Shown here in pieces: positions 13,342-26,760 of a stretch of 61,888 nt of DNA (the first letter of the stretch is position 1; each line of letters starts with the position of its first letter). A model generated the notes under the pieces. That model worked only from the letters and a program-made list of their open reading frames with translations, ran no database searches and was not told the origin of the DNA. The position numbers and the translations under genes were made by a program. The stretch lies in assembly GCA_038087875.1 (NCBI GenBank), contig JAXLNO010004393.1:1-61888 (forward strand), in the 5' to 3' direction. This stretch comes from Malacoraja senta. Taxonomy: Eukaryota.

Positions 13342-14170
13342 ATGTCCACCAGGAAACAATACCTATCGAGCATCAGGAAGTGGGAAAGATACTGCTCGAC
13401 TACTAGGACAACGTACTCATCTGCAACCATAACCAATGTACTGGAGTTCCTGGGGGGCCTTCACCATAATGAAGGATTGAGCTACAGTGCCATCAATACT
13501 GCCAGACGTGCGCTGTCAGCCTACTTAAAACAGGTGCCAGGACAACAGGCCATAGGGTCTCACCCGCTGGTGATCAAACTCATGAGGAGTATCGTCAACT
13601 CCAACACTCTTAGACCTAGGTATACCCAAATCTGGGATGTCAGTGTGGTCCTGACATACCTAACGGGATGGTCCCCAGCCAGGTCTCTCACCCTGGAAAA
13701 GCTAACCCTGAAAACGGTCATGCTGATGCCACTAGTCTCAGCACAAAGAGTCCAGTCCCTCCACATACTGCGACTGGACAACATGGTTATAACACCAGAC
13801 CGGGTCTCATTCACCATTCAGGAGCTGCTAAAGCAGAGCAAGCCAGCTGAGTCCTAGTTATGGATTTCCGGGCATACCCACCTGACCTACGGTTGTGTGT
13901 CATGACTCACTTATTCACTTACATCAACACAACAAGAGATTCTCGAGGGAGAGGGAAAAAAAAAAAAAAAAAAAGCCTTATGGGTCAGCCACAAGAAACC
14001 TCATGGTTGGGTGTCGAGCCAAACCATCTCGAGATGGCTCAAGCAGGTACTGGGAGCTGCTGGAGTAGATACTGATGTATATGCATCTCACTCCACCAGG
14101 GCAGCATCCACATCGGCGGCTAAAAGAATGAACATGGAGAAAACGTTCCAAACGTTCTACCACAAGCCGC
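13342..14170 (+). pseudogene. DIRS tyrosine recombinase, interrupted
   Basis: PRYTQIWDVSVVL, LVSAQRVQSL and SHSTRAAST (HxxR). A stop at about 13855 and an A19 run at 13956-13974. Confidence 0.88.
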
Positions 14171-15584
14171 TAGCAGAACCTGTGTTAATTGCAGAAAGAG
14201 TTTTAAAATCTGCAAAAATATATAATTTAAGCCCGGGGGAGCATTTTGTCTTTTGTTATTGTTTAATAGATACCATTATTGTTTACAAACAGATTATGGT
14301 TGATTACGATAACATACTTCCTCCCTTGAATGACTTCGGCAGCGAGTGAAGTATGAACTGTTACACGGTTTGAAATCACAGAGCTTTAAAATCTTCACGT
14401 AGTCACTCACGTGACTCCGAAGTAAAATAGTAAGATTAAACGAGAACTTACCAGTTTGAAGTTTGATCTGTATTTTATGAGAAGTTACGATGAGGGATTA
14501 CGTGCCCTCCGCTCCCACCCTCAATTATAGATCAACTGGTATCTTAGTTCTCCTTTTCTTTACTATGATTATTTCAATTATTGTGTTTCCTGTGATTCCA
14601 CACCGCTGCTTTGAAGAATGTCGCACATGCGTGCTGGGCGGGCTCTTCACGTAATCCCTCATCGTAACTCCTCATAAAATACAGATCAAACTTCAAACTG
14701 GTAAGTTCTCGTTTAATCTTACTATTATACAAGCCCAGCCGCTCCATTCTCTCAGCATATGACAGTCCCACCAACCTGGGAATTAACCTTGTGAACCTAC
14801 GCTGCACTCTCTTAATAGCAAGAATGTCCTTCCTAAATTTAGGGGACCAAAACTGCACACAATATCTCAGGTGTGGTCTCACTCGGGCCCTGTACAATTG
14901 TAGAAGGACCTCTTTGCTCCAATACTCAACTCCTTTTGTTCTGAAGGCCAACATGCCATTCGCTTTCTTTACTGACTGCTGTACCTGAATGCTTACTTTC
15001 ATTGACTGATGTACAAGGAACCCCAGATCCCGTTGTACTTTACCTTTTCCCAACTTGACACCACTCCGATAATACTCTGCCTTCCTGTTTTTGCCACCAA
15101 GGTGGATAACCTCACATTTATTAGGGCTGCCAACATTGGATGAGAGTTGAGAGTAAGAAATTGTCCCCCCCCTCTCACGGTGGGGAGCTTTCGCATTTTT
15201 CAGCATGAAATTGTGCAATCTGGTGCATACTGTAGCGAGTCTTTTAACTTACACCTGAATGCAACATTTATGCTTTAAATTGGATTAAGTATGAATAAGG
15301 TTAGGCTAAATTGCATTCCTAATTACATTCCACAATAGAGCCAGGCTCTGATCAACAGCACATGAATGACTATATTCATGTATGGAAATCTGATTATGTT
15401 CATGCTGTTATGCATATATATATAGAGAAAAACACAGAGAAATAAGGCAAGAGTCACTTCCATCACTGTTCTGCACAAATTAAATCAATCAACCTTACCC
15501 TTTGAATATTGAAACAAGACGAAAATAATGCCACATATTCAATCATATATGGTTCAATGAAATTAAGATATATATGTAAAAAAT

Positions 15585-17506
15585 ATAGATGGAAACAGGC
15601 CCTTCAGCCCACCAAGTCCACACTGACCAGCAATCTATCATATACCAGTTCCATCCATCACGCCTGGGACAATTTACAGAAGCCAATTAACCTACAAACC
15701 TGCACTTCTTTCGGATATGGGAGAAACCGGAATATCCAGAGAAAACCAGGGCCGGATTTAGATGACGAAAGGCCCCAGGCTATTCCACTTGTGAGGCCCC
15801 TCCCAATCCCCCACCCCCACGACGAGAGGAAGATGAAAGAGTCCACCAGATTGACACCGATGTGCAGCCGAGCGTGGCCAATGAGATAAGCTGCGCTTTT
15901 TATTTATTGCCAGTGCTAGTGTCGAGTTATCAGCTTAAAACAATATTATTCTGAAATGGAGGGCAAGGAAAATTACTGAAGTGTTGTTTAGAGACTACAG
16001 TGCGTTGTGACAGCATATGTAAGAAAGGCCTATGACAGTGTCAAAAATATTATACACCAGGCAGGATTTTCAAGAGGAGGGGTGGCATGGCAGGATTTAA
16101 AAAAGGTATGTGAAATAAGTGCACACAGAGCATATCACAAGCGCGAAGCTCAAAGACCCATGCTCTGGGGTTATAAATGCACTCTGGTGCATTCTGAGCC
16201 TTATTTTGGAGCATTTTTGCACCAACTTTATGACCAATATTTCAGAAATAATTTTGGTTGAGTCAAGAGTAAAGAGTGGTTGGAATGGGATGATTGGCGT
16301 CATTGTTGCATACATTTTTTTTAAACAAAATTGAACCTGTCCTTGTTTTAATAATCAAGTTGTACTGTAAAATGTTATGTAAAGTTATGCAAACACTGCA
16401 AATAAAATACTGTAAATTTTTGCAGTAAATAACTTCTTTTTTTAGAAAATATTTTGTGTTTTGATTTGATTGCCTGTTACTGTTCGACTGTGTTAGTGTG
16501 TGCACATTAAAAATATGATGCAAAATGAAAGTCACAAACTATGGAATTCATATTTTTCAGTATTGTTATCAAAGAAAGCAGTTCCAATTGTTTGATATTA
16601 TTCATATGGAGGAGAAAATATAGTTGCTCTAAAACCTACCTTAATTTAGCAATCTCACTAAAGATAATCCCCCTTTCCCTCTCCCCCCTCCTCCTTCCCT
16701 CTCCCTCCACCTCTCTCTCCCTCCCCATCACTCTCTCCCCCTCCCCCCTTCCCCTCTCTCTCTCCCCCTCCCCCTCTCCCTCTCTCTCTCCCCCCTCTGT
16801 CTCAACCCCTTTCCCCCTCACATCACCTCTCTCTCCCCCTCTCTCTCTCCCCTCCCCAATCTCTCTCTCCCCCTCCCACTCTCCTTCTCTCTCCCTCCCC
16901 TCCCTCTCTCGCCCCCTCTGTCTCAACTCCCCCTTTCCCCCTCTCACAACCCCCTCTCTCTCTCCCCCTCCCCCTCTCTCTCACTCTCTCCCTCCCTCTC
17001 TCTCCTCCCTCTGTCTCAACCCCCCCACTTCCCCCCTCTCTCTCCCTCCCTCCCACTGTCTCTCCCTCCCATGCAGCGAGGCTCCGACTCCGCGCCACAG
17101 ACACCGCAGCCCCCCCCCCAGCCCAGAGACACGGGCACTCCCACAATGCAATATTCCACTACTTACCTGCAGTAGACACGAGGCATCGACAGCGTCATTT
17201 TGCGTCACTACTGCGTAACCGGCTTCCCCCAACTGCGCAGGCGTGGATGGTTGCAATTTTTCCCCCCGAAACTTCCAGCGGGCCGGTACCAGAATTTTGG
17301 GTAATTTCCGTCAAAGTGGAAACGCTGATAGCCCTCCAATTTTTTTTTCTCAGGATTTTTTTACTCTGGGAAAAAAACCCACCTTGTCCGGAGGCCCCCT
17401 AGATTTTGAGTCCCTTGCCTTCAGCTTGCGAAGCTTATACGTAAATCCGGCCCTGGAGAAAACCCATGTGGTAGTAAGACAGTAACTCTACCGCTGCGCC
17501 ACCGTG
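15585..17506 (-). mobile_element. tRNA-derived V-SINE (HE1-like) split by the hAT insert
   Basis: Minus-strand A box CACGGTGGCGCAGCGGTAGAG at 17480-17506, V-domain and tail at 15585-15746. Confidence 0.7.
15747..17455. mobile_element. hAT non-autonomous element
   Basis: 14-bp TIR CAGGGCCGGATTTA / TAAATCCGGCCCTG with 8-bp TSD GAGAAAAC, inserted in a V-SINE. Confidence 0.85.
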
Positions 17507-19225
17507 CCATCCCATTACATTATTTTGTCTGTAATATATTTATTATGGTGTCACATCAATAAAGATGAACACATGATTCTGGTTTCTGCCTTTAGTTGGA
17601 TAACACACATCTCCAGTCATTGTGTTTCATGGCTGGTTTTCAACCTCTTCAGTCTGAAGGTCTCGACCCGAAACATCACCCATTCTTTCTCTCCAGAGAT
17701 GCTGCCTGTCCTGCTGAGTTTTTCTAGTTTTTAGTGTCTATCTTCAGTTTAAACCAGCATCTGCAATTCCTTCCTACACTGTTTGTTAAGCAGAACAGGT
17801 CCTATTCTCATAATATTTTTCACACCGCGACTAAGTTTTTCCTTCACCTCCGTTGCTGCAGAGAATACAATCCCAGTTATCAAATCTTTCTTCAAAATGA
17901 AAAAAAAATTCCAGCCCTGCCAACCTCTTCATAAATCGCCCCTGGATCCTCTCCAGAGCAATTGCACCCTTTCTACAATGTGTTATAGTCTTACAGCATG
18001 GAAACAGGCCCCTCATCCCAACTTGTTCATGCAGTTCAAGATGCCCCATCTAAACTAGTCCCATTTATCCGCATTTGGCCTATATCCCTTTAAACCTTGT
18101 GTGTGCCACTGTGTGTGTGTGTGAGAGTGTGTGACAGTGAAGCGGCGAAAACATCTGGAGTGAGCGGAGACTTGGCGATGCCCGGGGAGCTTTTACCTCC
18201 CCCCCTCCCAGGAATGCGGGCCGGCCCAGGTGCTCATTGTCCAGCTGGGGTCCGGGGGAGGTGAGGGTCAGTGACCCGGGGGTCTGGGGGAGGTGAGGGA
18301 CAGTGACCCGGGTGTCGGGCATCGGAGCGGAGCCTTAGCCCGAGATTCATCCCCGCGGCTCCGGATGTGGCACCGACGCCCCCACTCACCCGGTCTGTTC
18401 CTGGCTCCGGGCTGGGGTTAAAACTCCATGGGGTGTGGACAGAGCGGCCGACAGATATAAAGCTGCCGGAGGTGAGGGTGGGAGGTGTGTGCCGTGCCTT
18501 GGGGGGAAGGGGAAGGGGGGTTGGTGCTGGGACCACCGCCGTGTCTCACCTCATCTGCACAGGAGAAACTAAACTACTTTTTTTCCACCCAAAATCATCC
18601 GGCGGGCTGGTAGTTTGACAGCCCTGCTTTAAACCAATGCCCTCTAGTTCTTGAATCGCATATGCCGAGAAAAAGACTATGCATTCACCTTATATTCCCC
18701 TCGTGGTTTTTACTTACCTCTAAAACAATTTTTGCTTTATTTTGATCTTCCAGGATCTGCAGATTTTTGAGCGTGAGAAATTTGTGATCAGCGTGAGAGC
18801 GTGAGAATTTTGTGAAATGCGTGAGTCTCACGCTCAATGCGTGAGAGTTGGTAGCCCTGCTAATAATGCAAACATTTTATGCAAGTTCCAATTGTTTGGA
18901 CAAAAATCACTTATTACTGCTTTTTAACAGTTGTTACTTTAAGACCATTTCAGAAATTATGGCAGTCAACTAACAACCAACTAACAAATTAATGCAAACT
19001 AAAAAAATAACATGTTCCCTTTCCTGACACTACCTCATAAGTACTTTAATGCTGTTAACAGAGCAAAGGGATATTAATCTCAAGATTCAAAATGGCGAAA
19101 GTGGGGGCAATTTTGCTTAAATGGTCATTCTAAGCCCATTCAGATCTGCATAGAGTCAGAGTTATACAACATGTACATGGCTGGCCCAATTTGTCCAAAA
19201 TGATCAAGTTGTCATTCTGCACGTG

Positions 19226-19375
19226 CCCAGGGACTGGCTGCAGTTCCCAGGTCAGCTCGCATCCCAGGGACTGGCTGCAGTTCCCAGGTCGGCTCGTGTC
19301 CCCGGGACTGGCTGCAGTTCCCAGGTCGGTTCGGGTCCCCGGGACTGGCTGCAGTTCCCAGGTCGGCTCGCCTGC
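19226..19375. repeat. 37-bp tandem repeat, 4 units
   Basis: CCCAGGGACTGGCTGCAGTTCCCAGGTCGGCTCG-type unit. Confidence 0.9.
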
Positions 19376-19461
19376 CCCGACCCCGCGAAAATGAATTGAA
19401 AAAATATACGCGTTTTTTCAGGTTACGCCGTGTGCCGTAGGTTGCCGAACCCTGTCCTAGA

Positions 19462-19647
19462 NNNNNNNNNNNNNNNNNNNNNNNNNNNNNNNNNNNNNNN
19501 NNNNNNNNNNNNNNNNNNNNNNNNNNNNNNNNNNNNNNNNNNNNNNNNNNNNNNNNNNNNNNNNNNNNNNNNNNNNNNNNNNNNNNNNNNNNNNNNNNNN
19601 NNNNNNNNNNNNNNNNNNNNNNNNNNNNNNNNNNNNNNNNNNNNNNN
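19462..19647. other. Assembly gap (186 N)
   Basis: Run of N. Confidence 0.99.
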
Positions 19648-21421
19648 GGAGACACACACATGGAGACAGACACATATACACACACATACATACACACACA
19701 CCTTTCCTTCCCCCTCCTCCTCCCTCCCTCTTTCCTCCCTCTCCATCTCCCTCCCTCTTTCCTCCCTCTTTCCTCCCCCTCCCTCCCTCTTTCCTCCCCC
19801 TCTCTCTCTTTCCTCACCCTCCCTCTTTCTCCCATTTCTCCTTCCCCCTTCATCTCCTTTCAACATTCCCTCCCCGTCTCTCTTTGCCTCCATGCCATTT
19901 TTTCTTTCCCTCTCTCTCTCTCTATCTCCCCTCCCTTTCTCTCCCCGGATGCCCAATGGGGATTCTGGCGGGCACGATGCAGCGTGGATTGGCGGCGCTG
20001 GTGCTGCCATGTGAGCTGAAGGGCAGGAGGGAGGAAGGGAGCGAGGCTGCAGCGGTGGCCAGCAGCACAGAGCTCACAGCCGGCACACAGAGTCGCTGAC
20101 ACCCGCTGCCCGGGAGCTTCCCCATTCTATCTCCGGCTGCTTCATGTTGTCGGCGGCTGCACTTCCAACCAAGAGAGAAGAGACGCGACGTCACTCACAG
20201 CCGGCAACCGACGTGCTTCCCCAGATCTACAGCTCCGCTATAGGATCTTTGCTGTGCAGGGACTGAAGACAGCGTGAGAATTATGTCATCAGCGTGAGGG
20301 CGTGAGAATTGGCTGAAATGTGTGACTCTCACACTCAAACCGTGAGAGTTGGCAGCACTGCATTTATCCACATTACACTGCATCTGCCATGCATCTGCCC
20401 ACTCACCCAACCTGTCCAAGTCCCTCTGCATTCTCATAGCATCCTCCTCGCAGCTCACACTGCCTCCCAGCTTTGTGTTATCCGCAAACTTGGAGATGTT
20501 ACATATAATCCCTCATCTAAATTGTTAATATATATTGTAAATAACTGTGGTCCCAGCACCGAGCCTTGCGGTACCCCACCAGTCACTACCTGCCATTTTG
20601 AAAGGGACCCGTTAATCCCTACTCTTTGTTTCCTGTCTGCCAACCAATTTTCTATGGATGTCAGCAGTCTACACCTAATACCATGTGCCCTAATTTTGCC
20701 CACTAATCTCCTATGTGGGATCTTATCAAATGCCTTATGATTGACTACAGCATCTTCCCCACCACCGGTCTGGCTAATTGGTCTATAATTCCCTGTTTTC
20801 TCTCTCCCGCCTTTCTTTAAAACATGGAATAACATTAGCTACCCTCCAATCCACAGGAACTGATCCTGAATCTATAGAACATTGGAAAATGAACACCAAT
20901 CCGTCCACGATTTCTAGAGCCACTTCCTTAAGTGCCCTGGGATGCAGACCATCAAATCCTGGGGATTTATCTGCCTTCAGTCCCATCAGTCTACACAACA
21001 CCATTTCCTGCCTAATGTGGATTTCCTTCCATTCCTCCGTCACCCCAGATCCTCTGGCCACTAGTACATCAGGAAGATTGTTTGTGTCCTCCTTAGTGAA
21101 GATGGATGTGTGTCCTTGGAGGTGGTGCAGCGGGTGCATCCCCTCCAGGGACAGTGGCAGTGGGAGAGAAGTGGTTGGAATATCAGGTCTGGTTCTATGC
21201 TCCCTGAGGTGTGGAGAATTGAAGGTGTAATTGGGGAGATTAAAATAATCACTGGATGCACTGGAGCAGACGAAGAATCTGCTTCCTCTGCTGCGGATCC
21301 AAACAAGGACAAAAACATAAACATGGCATCCAGGATATTGAGGGCACTGGAAACCCAGAACTGCCCCTGGAAGCTGTCAAGTCTGGGGTTCAGTTGAAAG
21401 TTTCCACATGGACACAATGTT

Positions 21422-23465
21422 AGAAACATAGAAACATAGAAAATAGCTGCAGGAGTAGGCCATTCAGCCCTTCATGCCTGCACTGCCATGCAATATGATC
21501 ATGGCTGATCATCCAAAATCAGTAACCTGTTCCTGTTTTTCCCCATATCCCTTCATTCCATTAGCCCAAAGAACTATATCTAACTCTCTTGAAAACATCC
21601 AGCGATTTGGCCTCCATTGCCTTCTGTGGCAGAGAATTCCACAGATTCACAACTTTACGGGTGAAAACGTTTTTCCTCATCTCAGTCCTAAATGGCCTAC
21701 CCCTTATTCTGAAATTCTGGTTCTGGACTCCCCCAACATCGGGAGCATTTTTCCTGCATTTAGCCTGTCCAATCCCTGAAGAATTTTATATGTTTCTATA
21801 AGATCCCCTCTCATCTTTCTAAATTCCAGTGAATACAAGCCCAGTCGACCCATTCTTTCATCATATGTCAGTTGCGCCATCCTGGGAATAAACCTGGTGA
21901 ACCTACGCTGCACTCCCTCAATAGCAAGAATGTCCTTCCACAAATTAGAAGAACAAAACTGCACACAATAATACTCCAGGTGCAGTCTCACCAGGGCCCT
22001 GTACAACTGCAGTAGGACCTCCTTGCTCATTTACTCAAATCCTCTCTGTACGAAGGCCTAAATGCCATTAGCTTTCTTCACTGCCTGCTGTTCCTGCATG
22101 CTTACTGTCAGTGATTGATGTACAGGGAAACCCAGGTCTCGCTGCACTTCCTCTTTTCCTCATCTGACACCATTCAGATAATTATCTGCCTTCTTGTTCT
22201 TGCCACCAAAGTAGATAACCTCACATTTGTCCACATTATACTGCATCTGCAATGCAACTGCCCACTCACCCAACCTATCCAAGTCACCCTACAGCCTCAT
22301 AGCATCCTCATCGCAGCTCACACTGCCACCCAGCTTTATGTCATCCGCAACGTGGAGATGTTACATTTGATTCCCTTGACTAAATTGTAAATAATTGGGG
22401 TCCCAGTATCAAGCCTTGCGACACCCCACTCGTCATTGCCTGCCATTCTGCAAAGGACATGTTAATTCCTACTATTTGCTTCCTGTCTGCCAACCAGTTT
22501 TCTATCCATGTCAGTACCCTACCCCCAATACTATGTGCTCTCATTTTAAATACGAATCTCTTGTGTGGGATCTTGTCAAAGGCTTTTTGAACGTCCAGAT
22601 AAAACTACATCCACTGGCTCTCCCTTATCCATTCTACTTGTTACATCCTCAAAAATTTCCAGAAGATTAGTCAAGGATGATTTCCCCTTCATAAATCCAT
22701 GCTGACTGACCGATCCTGTCACTGCTTTTCAAATGCGCTGCTATTACATATTAAATAATCGACTCAAGCATCTTCCCCACTATCAATGGAAGGCTAACTG
22801 GTCTATAATTCCCTGTTTTCTCTCTCCCTCCTTTCTTAAAAAGTGGGGTTATATTAGCTACCCTCCAGTCCACAGGAACTGATCCAGAGCCTATAGAACA
22901 TTGGAAAATGATCACGAATGCATCCACGATATCTATGGCCACCTCCTTGTGTACTCTGGGATTCAGACCATCAGGCCCTGGGGATTCATCGGCCTTCAGT
23001 CCCAACAGTTTCCCAACACCATTTCATGACTAATGTCAATTTCCTTCAGTTCCTCCATCACGCCAGATCCTCAGTCCCCTAGTATTTCTGAGAGATTGTT
23101 TGTGTCTTCCTTAGTGAAGACAGAACCAAAGTACTTGTTTAACTGGTCTACCGTTTCCTTGTTTCCCATTATAAATTAATCTGTTTCTGACTGTGAGGGA
23201 CCTACATTTGTCTTCACTAATATTTTCCTCTTCACATACAGTACAGTATCAAAAAATGTTGTTACTGTCAGTTTTTATATTCCCCACAAGCTTTCTTTCA
23301 TACTATTTTTCCCCCTTAATTAACCCCTTTTGTCATCCTCTGTTGAATTCTAAATTTCCCCCAGTCCTCTGGTTTGCTGCTTCCTCCATCAAATTTATAC
23401 GCCTCTTCATTGGATTTAACACTATCCCTAATTTTCCTCGTCAGCCACGGTTGAGCCACCTTCTT
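21422..23465 (-). mobile_element. CR1 LINE fragment, degenerate
   Basis: Antisense RT pieces ([19 protein letters not shown]) with many indels. Confidence 0.85.
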
Positions 23466-23469
23466 TGGT

Positions 23470-25343
23470 GAATAAATAAACTGACTGCAAACGTTTTTAT
23501 AGATATGTGAAGAGAAAGAGATTAGTTAAAACAAATGTGGGTCCCTTGCAGTCAGAAACAGATGAATTGATCATGGGGAACAAGGATATGGCGGACCAAT
23601 TGAATAACTACTTTGGTTCCGTCTTCACTCAGGAAGACATAAATAATCTGCCGGAAATAGCAGGGGGCCGCGGGTCAAAGGAGATGGAGGAACTGAGTGA
23701 AATCCAGGTTAGTCGGGAAGTGGTGTTGGGTAAATTGAATGGATTAAAGGCCGATAAATCACCAGGGCCAGATAGGCTGCATCCCAGAGTACTTAAGGAA
23801 GTAGCTCCAGAAATAGTGGATGCATTAGTGATAATTTTTCAAAATTCTTTAGATTCTGGAGTAGTTCCTGAGGATTGGAGGGTAGCAAACGTAACCCCAC
23901 TTTTTAAGAAGGGAGGGAGAGAGAAAACGGGGAATTACAGACCAGTTAGTCTAACATCGGTGGTGGGGAAACTGCTAGAGTCAGTTATTAAAGATGGGAT
24001 AGCAGCACATTTGGAAAGTGGTGAAATCATTGGACAAAGTCAGCATGGATTTACGAAAGGTAAATCGTGTCTGACGAATCTTATAGAATTTTTCGAGGAT
24101 GTAACTAGTAGAGTGGATAGGGGAGAACCAGTGGATGTGTTGTATCTGGACTTTCAGAAGGCTTTCGACAAGGTACCACATAAGAGATTAGGATACAAAC
24201 TTAAATCACACGGTATTGGGGGTTCAGTATTGATGTGGATAGAGAACTGGCTGGCAAACAGGAAGCAAACAGTAGGAGTAAACGGGTCCTTTTCACAATG
24301 GCAGGCAGTGACTAGTGGGGTACCGCAAGGCTCAGTGCTGGGACCCCAGCTATTTACAATTTATATTAATGATCTGGACGAGGGAATTGAAAGCAACATC
24401 TCCAAGTTTGCGGATGACACTAAGCTGGGGGGCAGTGTTAGCTGTGAGGAGGATGCTAGGAGACTGCAAGGTGACTTGGATAGGCTGGGTGAGTGAGCAA
24501 ATGTTTGGCAGATGCAGTATAATGTGGATAAATGTGAGGTTATCCACTTTGGTGGCAAAAACGGGAAGGCAGACTATTATCTAAATGGTGGCCGATTAGG
24601 AAATGGGGAGGTGCAGCGAGACCTGGGTGTCATGGTACACCAGTCATTGAAAGTAGGCATGCAGGTGCAGCAGGCAGTGAAGAAAGCGAATGGTATGTTG
24701 GCCTTCATAGCAAGAGGATTTGAGTATAGGAGCAGGGAGGTTCTACTGCAGTTGTACAGGGTCTTGGTGAGACCACACCTGGAGTATTGCGTACAGTTTT
24801 GGTCTCCCAATCTGAGGAAGGACATTATAGCCATAGAGGGAGTGCAGAGAAGGTTCACCAGACTGATTCCTGGGATGTCAGGACTTTCACATGAAGAAAG
24901 ACTGGATAGACTTGGCTTATACTCGCTAGAATTTAGGAGATTGAGAGGGGATCTTATAGAAACGTACAAAATTCTTATGGGGTTGGACAGGCTAGATGCA
25001 GGAAGATTGTTCCCGATGTTGGGGAAGTCCAGGACAAGGGGTCACAGCTTAAGGATAAGGGGGAAATCCTTTAAGACCGAGATGAGGAAAAACTTTTTCA
25101 CACAGAGAGTGGTGAATCTCTGGAACTCTCTGCCACAGAGGGTAGTTGACGCCAGTTCATTGGCTATATTTAAGAGGGAGTTAGATGTGGCCCTTGTGGC
25201 TAAAGGGATCAGGGGGTATGGGGAGAAGGCAGGTACGGGATACTGAGTTGGATGATCAGCCATGATCATATTGAATGGCGGTGCAGGCTCGAAGGGCCGA
25301 ATGGCCTACTCCTGCACCTATTTTCTATGTATCTATGTATCTA
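23470..25343 (+). mobile_element. 5'-truncated CR1, about 580 codons of ORF2 with a single in-frame TGA
   Basis: ORFs 23507-24496 and 24512-25246 are in the same frame, with TGA replacing a Trp codon at 24494. (CTATGTAT)n tail. Confidence 0.93.
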
Positions 25344-26114
25344 GGACATAGAACCAAGGTGGATAAATGGAGTTCAAGCACAGATCAGCAGAGAGTGGGG
25401 ACGGGCTGGAGGGCTGAAGAACCTTTTTACTGATCCTCTATGCATGGGACAAATTTGAACACAATCTCTGCGTGCAGCTGTTGATTTACCAGAAACACGT
25501 TTCATATTTTGACTGTTGACGGGTGTGTGAAACTGGACAGTGATGTGGGCACTATTTCCTTCACCTCAGATTTCCTGTTGGAGATGGCAGCTTGTCTTAA
25601 TCTGAACAGGGGGGCCTCCCACAGGGAACAGACTTGCTAAAAAGAACAAGCAGGCTGCTTGACATATGGAAATATGTTCCTGACTTAAGGACCAACACCT
25701 ATAAACAATTCTTACATTACTGAAAAGATAACCGACCAATAGGACTGACTCTGAAGACAGAGGACAATGAAGAGATGTGCTTCATGCACACGAGGAGAAT
25801 ATCGGTCATTTTTAGAAAAACAACTCAGCATTTGGTCAGATTAAACCTCATTTTCCATTTCTTTGCCCATTTCTGAGCTGATCTATACCCTCTATACTTT
25901 AGAGTGCATCTGCCCACTTACCCAACCTATCCAAGTCACCCTGCAGCCTCATAGCATCCTCCTCGCAGATCTATACTTTAACATCCTTGCTCACTGTCCG
26001 CAGATCCCTGCAGAACTCAGCTGGTCACAGACTTCCAGTCTGAATAATGCCCTTTATCACAACCCTCTGTCTTCTATCAGTAAACCTGTATTGACCCAGA
26101 CGACAAAATCAAGT

Positions 26115-26760
26115 TCAAGTTCAAGTTCGTGAGTTTATTGTCATGTGTCCCTGATAGGACAATGAAATTCTTGCTTTGTTTCAGCACAACTGAACATAGT
26201 AGGCATTGACTACAAAACAGATCAGTGTGTCCATATACCATTATATAAATATATACACACATGAATAAATAAACTGATAAAGTGCAAATAAACAGATAAT
26301 GGGCTATTAATGTTCAGCGTTTTGTCCGAGCCAAGTTTAATAGTCTGATGGCTGTGGGGAAGTAGCTATTCCTGAACCTGGTCATTGCAGTCTTCAGGCT
26401 CCTGTACCTTCTACCTGAAGGTAGCAGGGAGATGAGTGTGTTGCCAGGATAGTGTGGGTCCTTGATGATACTGCCAGCCCTTTTGAGGCAGCGACTGCGA
26501 TAGATCCCCTCGATGGAAGGGAGGTCAGAGTCAATGATGGACTGGGCAGTGTTCACTATTTTTTGTAGTCTTTTCCTCTCCAGGGCGCTCAAGTTGCCGA
26601 ACCAAGCCACTATGCAACCGATCAGCATGCTCTCTACTGTGCACCTGTAGAAGTTAGAGAGAGTCCTCCTTGACAAACCGACTCTCCGTAATCTTCTCAG
26701 GAAGTAGAGGCGCTGATGTGCTTTCTTAATAATTGCATCAGTGTTCTCGGACCAGGAAAT
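26115..26760 (-). mobile_element. Rex1/Babar-like LINE 3' fragment
   Basis: Same motif through RFRNSYFP, with a microsatellite tail. Related pieces at 50560-51045, 55310-55815, 57085-57530, 29455-29695 and 59060-59350. Confidence 0.78.

Larger units (their letters stand above)
9911..14724 (+). mobile_element. DIRS1-type tyrosine-recombinase retrotransposon, near full length, defective
   Basis: Left ITR from 9911, ICR 14392-14504, right ITR plus extension 14617-14724. Order is gag-like, RT, RNase H, MT-like, YR. Confidence 0.93.
15122..20360. mobile_element. Composite non-autonomous DNA transposon (hAT-like TIRs)
   Basis: TAGGGCTGCCAAC ... GTTGGCAGCACTG, flanked by duplicated CATTTAT. GCGTGAGA subterminal repeats. 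Superfamily uncertain (7-bp duplication). Confidence 0.65.
9486..21085 (-). mobile_element. One CR1 LINE 3' fragment split in three (9486-9910, 14727-15121, 20361-21085)
   Basis: Sequence is continuous across the DIRS and across the 15122-20360 insert when compared with other CR1 copies in the window. Confidence 0.8.

Noticed and set aside
17480-17506. A/B-box sequences as tRNA genes
   Set aside because: They continue into the V-SINE body; no cloverleaf.
19226-19375. Tandem repeats as CRISPR arrays
   Set aside because: No unique spacers, and the DNA is vertebrate.
24577-24969. Antisense ORFs over CR1 and Rex1 copies
   Set aside because: Shadow frames of LINE RT, repeated in every copy.
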